Below are positions 25,970 through 34,148 of a stretch of 54,896 nucleotides of DNA, in pieces. Every line of letters begins with the position of its first letter. Within the stretch, counting starts at the first letter, position 1. Below the pieces are notes generated by a model. That model searched no databases. It saw only the letters and a list, made by a program, of their open reading frames with translations, and had not been told where the DNA came from. A program made the translations under genes and the position numbers. This stretch comes from a virus (taxonomy: Duplodnaviria; Caudoviricetes). The stretch is taken from positions 1 through 54,896 of the IMG/VR virus record IMGVR_UViG_3300045538_000396. The stretch is one strand, 5' to 3'.

Positions 25970-26371
25970 ATGAGTATTACTAAAAGCGAATTAGGAACAC
26001 TAGCAAGAAAGAATAGAGGTCGTGGAATTAACGCAGAAGATGTTGTTCAAATACTTAGGTCAAACAACATAGTTACTATGTCGTGGGGCACAGAAAAATT
26101 AACTGGATTTGGTAGCCCAACTTTCTATGCACGCAATAATAATATAGCAGACGGATTCGGTTTCAAAGTAAACGGAAGATTACATAAAGGCTGGGTTTTA
26201 ATAACCGTTAACTTTGCAGATTTGTTTGATATTTATTTAACCAAACCACAACTCAAGTTTGGTAGCACAGAAGGTATGAAACCAACTGTTACCAATGTGT
26301 TCATAGAAGACTTAATGGAAACCCTAGATTACTTAATCGAAACACCCAAAGAGGAGTTAATCAATGCCTAA
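25970..26371 (+). CDS. Conserved hypothetical protein (FKVNGRLHKGWVLIT family)
   Basis: Start moved to ATG 25970 after GAGGAG. Motif is familiar from mobile elements. Confidence 0.8.
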   Translation: MSITKSELGTLARKNRGRGINAEDVVQILRSNNIVTMSWGTEKLTGFGSPTFYARNNNIADGFGFKVNGRLHKGWVLITVNFADLFDIYLTKPQLKFGSTEGMKPTVTNVFIEDLMETLDYLIETPKEELINA

Positions 26372-27062
26372 CTGGTGCAGTAACATCTTACGAATTACTT
26401 CTGAAGACAAAACAATCATTGATAAAATAGTCAAAGGAATTGAAAACGACGAGGGATTGTTTGCGTTGTTTTATCCGATTCCAGAGGAATTAAATTACCA
26501 AGTAGGAAACCCACCCACTAAAACAGACGAGGAAATACAAGCACTCAAAGAAAAATATGGTGCTACCGATTGGTATGATTGGTCGCTTAAAAATTGGGGT
26601 TGCAAATGGGACGCTTGTGATATTGATATCACCGACGGCGGAACAGATTCTTTATCTATAATATTTTCTACGCCTTGGGGTCCACCTATAGATTTTTATA
26701 AAAAGTTTGCCAACGATTATAAGGTTGAAATCTATGCTGATTACAGCGAGGAGGGTATGGATTTTTGCGGTAAGTTTCAGTCTTATATTTTAGATGGCGA
26801 AGTATATGCTAATGAAGATTACAGAAATATAGATGAAATGAGAAACGATATTCTGTCTTGCTATCTTGTGGCAAACAAAGATAAAAAAGTAACTCCAGAT
26901 GATTTCTTACATGAGGTGAGAAGTTTGTATTCAGAAAACTACCCTAAAGTTAATGACTATTACGATTGTTTTCAGGTCTTTAATGATTATTGGATTGAGA
27001 GCCGATTGGAAGATGATGAATTTTGTAAGCAGTATGGAATCATAAACGAAACAACTAATTAA
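26364..27062 (+). CDS. YubB/DUF1281 (Api92-like) ferredoxin-fold protein
   Basis: MPNWCSN, DWYDWSLKNWGCKWD, FSTPWGPP and YSEEGMDFCG motifs. Confidence 0.85.
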   Translation: MPNWCSNILRITSEDKTIIDKIVKGIENDEGLFALFYPIPEELNYQVGNPPTKTDEEIQALKEKYGATDWYDWSLKNWGCKWDACDIDITDGGTDSLSIIFSTPWGPPIDFYKKFANDYKVEIYADYSEEGMDFCGKFQSYILDGEVYANEDYRNIDEMRNDILSCYLVANKDKKVTPDDFLHEVRSLYSENYPKVNDYYDCFQVFNDYWIESRLEDDEFCKQYGIINETTN

Positions 27063-27072
27063 AGGAGGGCTT

Positions 27073-27240
27073 ATGTCCTGTGATTGCAGTAGTAAAAGAA
27101 AAAACGAAGACAGAGAGTATGTATTAACAGTTAAAGCGTTTATAACAGTAGACGCTTGTTGCGAAGATGTCGCAGAAGATTCTGATTTTTCATTATCAGA
27201 TGCAGATGACTGGGAAATTGTAGATGTCGAGGAGGCATAA
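27073..27240 (+). CDS. Acidic Cys-containing mini-protein (55 aa)
   Basis: AGGAGG RBS, MSCDCSSKRKNEDREYVLTVKAF...DDWEIVDVEEA, TAATG overlap. Confidence 0.7.
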   Translation: MSCDCSSKRKNEDREYVLTVKAFITVDACCEDVAEDSDFSLSDADDWEIVDVEEA

Positions 27241-27590
27241 TGAAAATAGAATTAAAAAGTATAGATATAAATCTTAAGTTTTCCGAAGAGACTGTAATGT
27301 TTATGGCAGATGTTTATGTTGAAGGAAAAAAGGTAGCCTATGCACAGAACGATGGTCGTGGTGGTGCAACTTACTACAACATCTACGCTAGACCTGAAAC
27401 CCTGTATGAAAGAAACCTCGAACTTGTAGAACAAGCAGAGGTTTATTGTGATGCCTTACCGGATGAATCATTAACCTACGAGTTTAATGGTGAGATGAAA
27501 ACAATAGAACTTAAGAGTTCACTCACTTATGTTATCGATAAGTTAGTCGAAGAATATATAGAGAATAAAGAATCTAAGAAGTCCGCTTAA
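27240..27590 (+). CDS. Conserved hypothetical protein (SEET..F.A..NDGRGG family)
   Basis: SEETVMFMADVYVEGKKVAYAQNDGRGG motif. Confidence 0.8.
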   Translation: MKIELKSIDINLKFSEETVMFMADVYVEGKKVAYAQNDGRGGATYYNIYARPETLYERNLELVEQAEVYCDALPDESLTYEFNGEMKTIELKSSLTYVIDKLVEEYIENKESKKSA

Positions 27591-27613
27591 CTTAACCCCA
27601 AAGGAGAAAGACA

Positions 27614-27931
27614 ATGCAACGAGAAGTAAATACGAAAGATATAAATACATTAGTAAATCATTTATCCGCTGAACAAAACAAAGATTTTATGTTTAACATC
27701 ATTTGCAATTTCTTAGAGGAACGCACTGGTGTTTCTATTAAGAAAACTTTTACCGGCAATGTAGTAATAAGTTTTGAGTTCTCTGTCGAGCAATCGGGAA
27801 ATGTTGATGATGTAAAAGAACAAGTTACACAACAGATAAAACAAGCATTGCGGTCAGATAGGTCGAGGCAAGGTTTCTATATCCTGACAGAGGAAGATAT
27901 CGATTTCAACAATATTGAATCACGCAAGTAA
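27614..27931 (+). CDS. Hypothetical protein
   Basis: AAGGAG RBS. Confidence 0.75.
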   Translation: MQREVNTKDINTLVNHLSAEQNKDFMFNIICNFLEERTGVSIKKTFTGNVVISFEFSVEQSGNVDDVKEQVTQQIKQALRSDRSRQGFYILTEEDIDFNNIESRK

Positions 27932-27948
27932 CCACAAAGGAGAGCCTT

Positions 27949-28968
27949 ATGGCAAAAGAAAAAGGAATGAGTCAGAAAGAAATGTATGAAAGTATTACTA
28001 ATAAAATCATTGAAGCCATTGAATCAGACAATGGAACTGAGTGGGTAAAACCTTGGAGAAACTTAATGTCTAACGAGGTTAGGTCTATTGACAATCGTCA
28101 GTATCACGGAGTCAATCAGATGATTCTTAATGCTCATCAGTATTATTTGCCCAATAAAGATAGATGCCACAGTAAAGTATGGGGAACCTATAAAGCCTTT
28201 AAGCGACACGGCTTTCGGATTGGCTCAGAACAATACAAAAAACATGCAGATATATATTACTTTAAGATGCTCAAAGTTAAGAACAAAGAGAAGTCTAAAG
28301 AAAAGAATAAGGATGTATACGATAAGATTCCAATGATGAGATTCTATAGGGTTTATAACGGTGGACAATGTGAGAATTGGGTTGAGCCAAAAAGGGAAGA
28401 AGTATTAGTTGCCTGGAGTGATGACCAACATTGCACACCAATAGAGAATAGAATTGCTGAACTTAATCCTAAGATTGTATTCGGAGAAAACCAAGCATAC
28501 TACTCACCTATTACTGACCATATTGGTATGCCTCATAAAGAACAGTTTGATACACCGGTTAATTACTACGCCACTTTATTACATGAGTTAACCCATTGGA
28601 CTAAACCCAAGCATAGGGCAGATAGAAGGCAAGACCTTGCGGACAAGAGTATGTCTGAGTTCAGAAATTCTTATGCGTTTGAAGAATTGGTTGCAGAGTT
28701 AGGGGCTACCTTCTTGTCATCACATTACAACCTGTCGAACGATACGGCTATGAGAGAGTGTCATATCCCTTACCTTGCGTCTTGGTTAGAAGGAATTAAA
28801 GAAGACTCTAAAGCCATATTTAAGGCATCCTCACTAGCACAAAAGTCTTCTAACTTTATCTTGGGTATCGTCCCTGAATGGGAGAAACAAGAGAGTGATG
28901 AAGATACTACTGGTAAAAATGAAACGACAGGTCTCGACTCTGAACTTGTCTGTCAATTAACTAACTAA
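27949..28968 (+). CDS. ardC: ArdC-family antirestriction protein (ssDNA-binding plus zincin-like domain)
   Basis: ITNKIIEAIE..WVKPW, YHGVN, AYYSPITDHIGMP, YYATLLHELTHWT, YAFEELVAELGA and YLASWL motifs. Confidence 0.92.
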   Translation: MAKEKGMSQKEMYESITNKIIEAIESDNGTEWVKPWRNLMSNEVRSIDNRQYHGVNQMILNAHQYYLPNKDRCHSKVWGTYKAFKRHGFRIGSEQYKKHADIYYFKMLKVKNKEKSKEKNKDVYDKIPMMRFYRVYNGGQCENWVEPKREEVLVAWSDDQHCTPIENRIAELNPKIVFGENQAYYSPITDHIGMPHKEQFDTPVNYYATLLHELTHWTKPKHRADRRQDLADKSMSEFRNSYAFEELVAELGATFLSSHYNLSNDTAMRECHIPYLASWLEGIKEDSKAIFKASSLAQKSSNFILGIVPEWEKQESDEDTTGKNETTGLDSELVCQLTN

Positions 28969-28982
28969 CTTACGGAGGCAAT

Positions 28983-29132
28983 ATGACTAACTTAAACCCG
29001 AAACACATTGAAAGACTTTTCGCTTGTAGCGATAATTCGCTAGACGAATATGACGTAGAATCTGACTATCAAGAACCAACCGAACAAGAGGAACGAATGC
29101 GTGAACTTACGCAAAAGATACTCGGTATCTAA
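28983..29132 (+). CDS. Acidic mini-protein (49 aa)
   Basis: GGAGG RBS, MTNLNPKHIERLFACSDNSLDEYDVESDYQEP... Confidence 0.6.
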   Translation: MTNLNPKHIERLFACSDNSLDEYDVESDYQEPTEQEERMRELTQKILGI

Positions 29133-29166
29133 TCTAACTGAGCAACTAAACAAAGGAGAATAAATA

Positions 29167-29325
29167 ATGTATAACCTAAATCAAAGAGAAGAAATGGAAA
29201 TAAGTTTACGTGTATGGCTTATGAATCGTGGAGTTAGTAAAATTAATTTAGAAGATATGAACGATAAAGAACTATCTGAATGGACTCATTTCATTAGGTT
29301 CATGAGTGATAAGGAAATCAAGTAA
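29167..29325 (+). CDS. Mini-protein (52 aa)
   Basis: AAGGAG RBS, TAATG coupling to the next ORF. Confidence 0.6.
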   Translation: MYNLNQREEMEISLRVWLMNRGVSKINLEDMNDKELSEWTHFIRFMSDKEIK

Positions 29326-29480
29326 TGAAATTCAAAGATAGACAAGAAAAGGAAGAACTTATTATCAAATCCCTTGGAGAAAGACCCAAAAACCTTCAGT
29401 CTTGGACTGATATGCAAGTCATTACTATGTTTAATAAAATCATATACATACAAAAAATGAAGGAGGCTAAAAAAAAATGA
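29325..29480 (+). CDS. Mini-protein (51 aa)
   Basis: Coupled start, MKFKDRQEKEELIIKSLGERPKNLQSWTD... Confidence 0.55.
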   Translation: MKFKDRQEKEELIIKSLGERPKNLQSWTDMQVITMFNKIIYIQKMKEAKKK

Positions 29481-29481
29481 C

Positions 29482-29510
29482 TTGACAACCCAAAAAAAAT
29501 CACTTAAACT
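29482..29510 (+). promoter_or_regulatory. Sigma70-type promoter for middle genes
   Basis: TTGACA (29482-29487), 17 bp, TAAACT (29505-29510), then TAAGGAGG RBS. Confidence 0.75.
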
Positions 29511-29529
29511 TTATAAGGAGGTAAGGCTT

Positions 29530-29718
29530 ATGGAAACTGTTTATTCAATAGAACATCAGACACAAACAAGTTCTAAAGCAGTAGGTATATTTAGTCACTT
29601 AGAAGATGCCCTGGGTTTTCTGGAGGCAATGATGAAGGATGAAATGCTCTTCACCCCTGATTCAAAATTAATTATTACTAGAGCAACAATAGGAGGTCAT
29701 CATGACCAAACACATTAA
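29530..29718 (+). CDS. Hypothetical protein
   Basis: Start moved to ATG 29530 after TAAGGAGG. Confidence 0.7.
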   Translation: METVYSIEHQTQTSSKAVGIFSHLEDALGFLEAMMKDEMLFTPDSKLIITRATIGGHHDQTH

Positions 29719-29959
29719 TATTTATAACAACATTAAAGAAGCCCTGGATATGCCAGGATTTGATGAACACTTTGAAATTAGAACTTGGTATGACCACAGT
29801 GGTTATCATGCAGTAACAGGTACATCTGATGGAATTAACTTTAGTCAGATTTCTGAAGCAACAACGGGTAACTCTGAAGTTGAAGCCGTACTTGGATTGA
29901 CTACCATTCTTCCATACAATGCAACCAAGTCTTATGTAGTAGATGCAGAGGTGCTTTAA
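29702..29959 (+). CDS. Hypothetical protein
   Basis: AGGAGG RBS. Confidence 0.75.
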   Translation: MTKHINIYNNIKEALDMPGFDEHFEIRTWYDHSGYHAVTGTSDGINFSQISEATTGNSEVEAVLGLTTILPYNATKSYVVDAEVL

Positions 29960-30318
29960 TGAATATTATATTTCCATTCATTTCAAGATGCACAATCTTT
30001 ACAGAAAATGATATCGAAAATACCCCGATATCTAAAGACATAGAAAGCATTCTTTTGCTTGACCATTTTTATGGCTTTACTGGGCTACACGCAATCAAGA
30101 GAGCCGTATTAACTCTTGGGAATATAAAGAGTGCAATTAGAATCATTAGTGTAGATAGATACTTTTTGGGTCAAGGGTTTAAACCACAATATCTATTGGG
30201 TAGTGGATTGACTTGCAATGAAGATGTCTCAAAGGGCACCGAATTATCTATACTGATACTAGATGAGAACACAAATCTCACCCCCCAAATACCTGTCAAC
30301 ATGGAAAACTACAGATGA
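29959..30318 (+). CDS. Hypothetical protein
   Basis: TAATG coupling. Confidence 0.65.
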   Translation: MNIIFPFISRCTIFTENDIENTPISKDIESILLLDHFYGFTGLHAIKRAVLTLGNIKSAIRIISVDRYFLGQGFKPQYLLGSGLTCNEDVSKGTELSILILDENTNLTPQIPVNMENYR

Positions 30319-30632
30319 ACAAAAGCACTTTTATAAAAACAAAAATTAAAGAACTACCTGATGGGTTGTTTATTTGTTTTGACTTTAATGAAGTGCATCT
30401 ACAAATACAAACTGATTTAAATTCTGCCATTAAAGAGTTTGAATCTTTAGTGGTTGAACTTAAAAATATAAAGACTGAAAGACAAGAAGAACACTGGGTT
30501 CAGGAGTATGAATCAAGAGAAAGATTAAACTTTCAGTCTAGTGCTGTTGATGGGTTTGCTGGTGAAGACAAGCCTATCAATGCAGCGCAAAATATAATAA
30601 CTCCGCTTAATAATTATAAATTTTTTGAATAA
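30315..30632 (+). CDS. Hypothetical protein
   Basis: ATGA coupling. Confidence 0.65.
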   Translation: MNKSTFIKTKIKELPDGLFICFDFNEVHLQIQTDLNSAIKEFESLVVELKNIKTERQEEHWVQEYESRERLNFQSSAVDGFAGEDKPINAAQNIITPLNNYKFFE

Positions 30633-30656
30633 CTTTTACCTAGGAGGTAACACGCA

Positions 30657-31271
30657 ATGAGCAAGAAAATTATCAGTGCAGCAGAATCTAATCTTGAGTA
30701 TGCCAACCGAGACCTAAGCGATTGGCTAAGGAATAGACGAACCGGTATTACAGGTACAGACGTAGGTAAAATTATGGGTGTATCCAAATGGGGTTCACCC
30801 CAAGATGTTTGGAAAGATAAGGTGGGTATTAGCCAACCCATTGAGGACAATGAATCAATGCTGTGGGGTCGTATCCTTGAAGACGTAATAGCAATGGAAT
30901 ACTCCAGGCGTAATTGTGTTCGTTATTACAAACCTGAAACCCTAAGAGGTAAAGAAGAGTGGATGATTGGCTCACCAGATGGAGTAATAGTAAATGATTC
31001 CAATGAAGACGAGTACGGACTAGAGGTTAAAACATCTCGAAGTCTTAAAACTTTTTCAAACGGTATACCTGCAGATTATGAATACCAATGCAGATGGTAC
31101 ATGATGATATGTGATTTACCTTATTGGGATTTGGCTGCTCTTATTATGGGTAGTCAGTATCAACAATTTAGAGTCATGAGAGATAATGATATAGAAGAAC
31201 AAATGATTAAAACTTGTGGAGACTTCTGGTTTAACCACGTGAAGGCACTGGTTCCGGTTGTTTCAATTTAA
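30657..31271 (+). CDS. YqaJ / lambda-exonuclease family nuclease
   Basis: WLRNRRTGITGTD, WGRILEDVI, GSPDG, GLEVKT and YEYQCRWYM motifs. Confidence 0.92.
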   Translation: MSKKIISAAESNLEYANRDLSDWLRNRRTGITGTDVGKIMGVSKWGSPQDVWKDKVGISQPIEDNESMLWGRILEDVIAMEYSRRNCVRYYKPETLRGKEEWMIGSPDGVIVNDSNEDEYGLEVKTSRSLKTFSNGIPADYEYQCRWYMMICDLPYWDLAALIMGSQYQQFRVMRDNDIEEQMIKTCGDFWFNHVKALVPVVSI

Positions 31272-31306
31272 CCACCCTTAATGGGTATTCTAAAAGGAGT
31301 AATGAG

Positions 31307-31900
31307 ATGAACCTAAAATTTAATTTAGACTCTCAGTCAGCAAAGAAAACGCAGTACGAAGTACCAAGTGCAGGAGGTAGTGTTGCAAGACTTTACCGAA
31401 TCATTGACCTAGGTACACAACAAACAACCTACTTGGGTGAGTCGAAAATGACCCCTCAAGTTATGTTGGTTTTTGAACTACCTAGTGAACTAACCAAGGA
31501 TGGCAAACCTATGTCCATTAGTTCAATCTATACCAAGAGTTTAAACGAGAAGGCTAAACTTCGTGGTGTTGTTAAAGCACTCACCGGTACCAACATTACC
31601 GATGACAATGTTCGTAACTTCAACCTACAAGATTTAATCGGAAAGGTATGCACTCTTGATATTATTAACAAAACCGGTAAGGATGGAACAGTTAAAGCCT
31701 ACGTGCAGAACGTTAGTTCAGCATTAAAGGGTATGCCGGTTCCCGAGCCACACAACGAAACTTTAATCTTTGACCTTTCCGAGTTTAGTAAAGAAGTGTT
31801 TGATAAAATTCCTGCTTACTGGCAGAATAAAATTCAAACAACCAAAGAGTACGATGCCGTTGCAGTAAGACACGGAAGAACAGACGAAGTACCTTTTTAA
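31307..31900 (+). CDS. Putative OB-fold ssDNA-binding/annealing protein (NGO0469-like)
   Basis: ARLYRIIDLGTQ and SLNEKAKLR motifs, acidic SSB-like tail DEVPF. Adjacent to the exonuclease. Confidence 0.75.
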   Translation: MNLKFNLDSQSAKKTQYEVPSAGGSVARLYRIIDLGTQQTTYLGESKMTPQVMLVFELPSELTKDGKPMSISSIYTKSLNEKAKLRGVVKALTGTNITDDNVRNFNLQDLIGKVCTLDIINKTGKDGTVKAYVQNVSSALKGMPVPEPHNETLIFDLSEFSKEVFDKIPAYWQNKIQTTKEYDAVAVRHGRTDEVPF

Positions 31901-31911
31901 TTAAACAATCA

Positions 31912-31958
31912 GTATGGGGTTGGTTATTACCTCCAACAGCAACCACCCCATACCTTTT
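31912..31958 (+). terminator. Stem-loop/terminator after the SSB-like gene
   Basis: GTATGGGG-T-TGGTT...AACCA-CCCCATAC-CTTTT. Confidence 0.55.
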
Positions 31959-31970
31959 ACTGGAGGCTAT

Positions 31971-32387
31971 ATGCCAATCATTTTAAATAATTACAGTGAT
32001 ACGTTTGAAGAAACCTGGAAATTGTATCAAAGCACACACGCTAAGATGGTGCTCACAACAGTTAATGCTGGTGTTAGAAACGATAAAGTGTATATCCCGG
32101 TTAACATCGGCTCAAAAGAAACTGCTTGTATTAAGTGGAAGTTTCTACTTGATGAGGTCATTATCGTTGATGAAAAAATAGACGAGCAACTTCTTTTTGA
32201 GGCGGTTGCTCTTTATTGTCATGACCGTATTCGTGAAACCAAAAGCGGCAACTATAGACTACCTATGCTTGCAACACTACTACGTACAGATAGTACTGAC
32301 CTAGGCAAGACGGTAGAGATACTAGACTATATTAGAGAAGCGAAGCGTCTTACGGACAAACTAAAGGAGAATGCCAATGCTAAGTAG
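31971..32387 (+). CDS. Hypothetical protein, possibly replication-initiator-related
   Basis: GGAGG RBS before ATG 31971. FEETWKLY, GSKETACIKW and LPMLATLL loosely resemble phage initiator C-terminal domains. Confidence 0.55.
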   Translation: MPIILNNYSDTFEETWKLYQSTHAKMVLTTVNAGVRNDKVYIPVNIGSKETACIKWKFLLDEVIIVDEKIDEQLLFEAVALYCHDRIRETKSGNYRLPMLATLLRTDSTDLGKTVEILDYIREAKRLTDKLKENANAK

Positions 32388-32802
32388 ACTAGTAGAAATG
32401 GTTGACGGTCAGGTTGTAGGTAATGAGGAACTTGTGCCTAGCCTGTTAAAAATTATGTATTCACAACCGGACTCTACAACAAGAGAGAGTACCAAGCCTG
32501 GCGTTAGGGTATGCCGCAATAGACCCATGAAATGCCCTCATTGCGGAGATACTTTTTACTATTGGTCGGATAGCACAAAGACATACGATGAGGTGTTTGT
32601 TCAGCCCATTCCTAAAGCAAATGGTTTTGGTTGGATAACTAGTAGAGCAACTTGCGGTAGTAATGTATGCTCAGTTAAAGAGTCAGATTTTTCAATGAAA
32701 ATTAGTCCAGAGTGGATAAGATTAAATGGCGGTGTTAACATAACCGCTCCCAACAACAACAGAGTCAGTAGACTTATTGAGGTGAGAGATGAACGAAGTT
32801 AA
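32377..32802 (+). CDS. Zn-finger hypothetical protein
   Basis: CPHCG..ATCGSNVC motifs. AAGGAG spacing favours ATG 32377. Confidence 0.7.
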   Translation: MLSRLVEMVDGQVVGNEELVPSLLKIMYSQPDSTTRESTKPGVRVCRNRPMKCPHCGDTFYYWSDSTKTYDEVFVQPIPKANGFGWITSRATCGSNVCSVKESDFSMKISPEWIRLNGGVNITAPNNNRVSRLIEVRDERS

Positions 32803-32980
32803 TGAAATAAGTAGAATCTTAAGAGAACACGATAAATTATCAAATGAACTAGCCGTTATCAAAAAGAAAATGGAGGATGTTTCAATATCGCTGGGTATGA
32901 ACAAAGAGTATGCAAAAAACCATATTGCTTCTAGCGGATTCCTTCGTGGTTGGATTGTTGCTGCAAGGAATAACAGTTGA
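32789..32980 (+). CDS. Hypothetical protein
   Basis: GAGGTG RBS, overlaps both neighbours. Confidence 0.65.
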   Translation: MNEVNEISRILREHDKLSNELAVIKKKMEDVSISLGMNKEYAKNHIASSGFLRGWIVAARNNS

Positions 32981-33363
32981 TTATATTTAGTGCGTCACTA
33001 GAGATAGAGCCTGTAGCAAAAGGAAGACCTAAGTTTGTAGTTAGGGGAACTTTTGCTACTGCCTATACCCCAAAGAAAACGAGAGATTATGAGGCTCTTG
33101 TGTCGGAGTGGGCTAGGGCTGTATACAACAAACAACCTAGCGAAAAGGCTTTATCGGTGACTCTCAATGCTTTCTTCTGTAAGGCAAAAAGTAATAAGAA
33201 AAAATATCATACGCAAAAACCCGATGCAGATAACATGAAATCTGTATTGGACGCACTTAATGGCATTGTGTATAAAGATGATTGTCAGATTATTGAATTA
33301 AGAATAAACAAACACTGGTCCGATAAGGGCTCTGTTCATGTAGTTGTAAAGGAAATAGAATGA
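32977..33363 (+). CDS. rusA: RusA-family Holliday junction resolvase
   Basis: PVAKGRP, YTPKKTRDYE and KPDADNMKSVLDALNGIVYKDDCQI motifs. Confidence 0.92.
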   Translation: MIIFSASLEIEPVAKGRPKFVVRGTFATAYTPKKTRDYEALVSEWARAVYNKQPSEKALSVTLNAFFCKAKSNKKKYHTQKPDADNMKSVLDALNGIVYKDDCQIIELRINKHWSDKGSVHVVVKEIE

Positions 33364-33554
33364 AACGAATGGAAATCAAACGAAAAATAAAAGAATTAAA
33401 AGAAGAGTGTTTAACCCTTAAACACAGCAGGCTTAAGAAAGATAGGGAAAGAAAAGACCAACTACCAATACTTCAGAAAAAATATGAGTACTTTTATAGC
33501 CTGTTAAAACAAATTAACGATATTGATTACACCATAGACAAGGAGATGCTATGA
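33360..33554 (+). CDS. Basic hypothetical protein
   Basis: ATGA coupling at both ends. Confidence 0.6.
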   Translation: MKRMEIKRKIKELKEECLTLKHSRLKKDRERKDQLPILQKKYEYFYSLLKQINDIDYTIDKEML

Positions 33555-34138
33555 GGAATAAGATACTTTATATACTACTTGCTATAGTCATATGTTCTTG
33601 GGCCATCATACTTTTCAAAGATAACAATTCTTTAATTGCCCTAGCGGAAGAAAGTAATAAGCGTTCTGATATTCTATTGTTAGAAGCCAATTCATTAAGA
33701 AAGAAGAGTAATGAACTTGAATCAAACATACACAATAAAAATATCAGGATTAACGAACTTAAGGGGTTACTCAAAAGAAACCCAACTAATGATGATGGGG
33801 GGGTACCACCTACCGGAACTGAACTGGGTAATAGTGATACCCTTTCTGGAATCATTAAACGCACCCTACCTAAAGACACTAAGTATGAAGGACAACTAAT
33901 CACTGCTCTTCAATTGGTTGATGAAGTAGAGCAAGAATCTGTACTTAAAACAAAACAAATAGAAGTTCTAACTATTGAGAATGCTAAACTTAGGGAGTCT
34001 CTTCAATATAAAGACCGAGCCTACGAAGTACAACTTGATGTCATAAGGGCTCACCATGAAGCAATGACTAAAGCAAAGATGCTTTATGGCGGTAGTGGAA
34101 TTGCTGTAGGCTTTATCTTATCCATCATTAGTAACTAA
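33551..34138 (+). CDS. Membrane-anchored coiled-coil protein (spanin-like)
   Basis: N-terminal hydrophobic helix, long coiled coil, C-terminal hydrophobic GGSGIAVGFILSII. Confidence 0.6.
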   Translation: MRNKILYILLAIVICSWAIILFKDNNSLIALAEESNKRSDILLLEANSLRKKSNELESNIHNKNIRINELKGLLKRNPTNDDGGVPPTGTELGNSDTLSGIIKRTLPKDTKYEGQLITALQLVDEVEQESVLKTKQIEVLTIENAKLRESLQYKDRAYEVQLDVIRAHHEAMTKAKMLYGGSGIAVGFILSIISN

Positions 34139-34148
34139 AGGAAACAGC

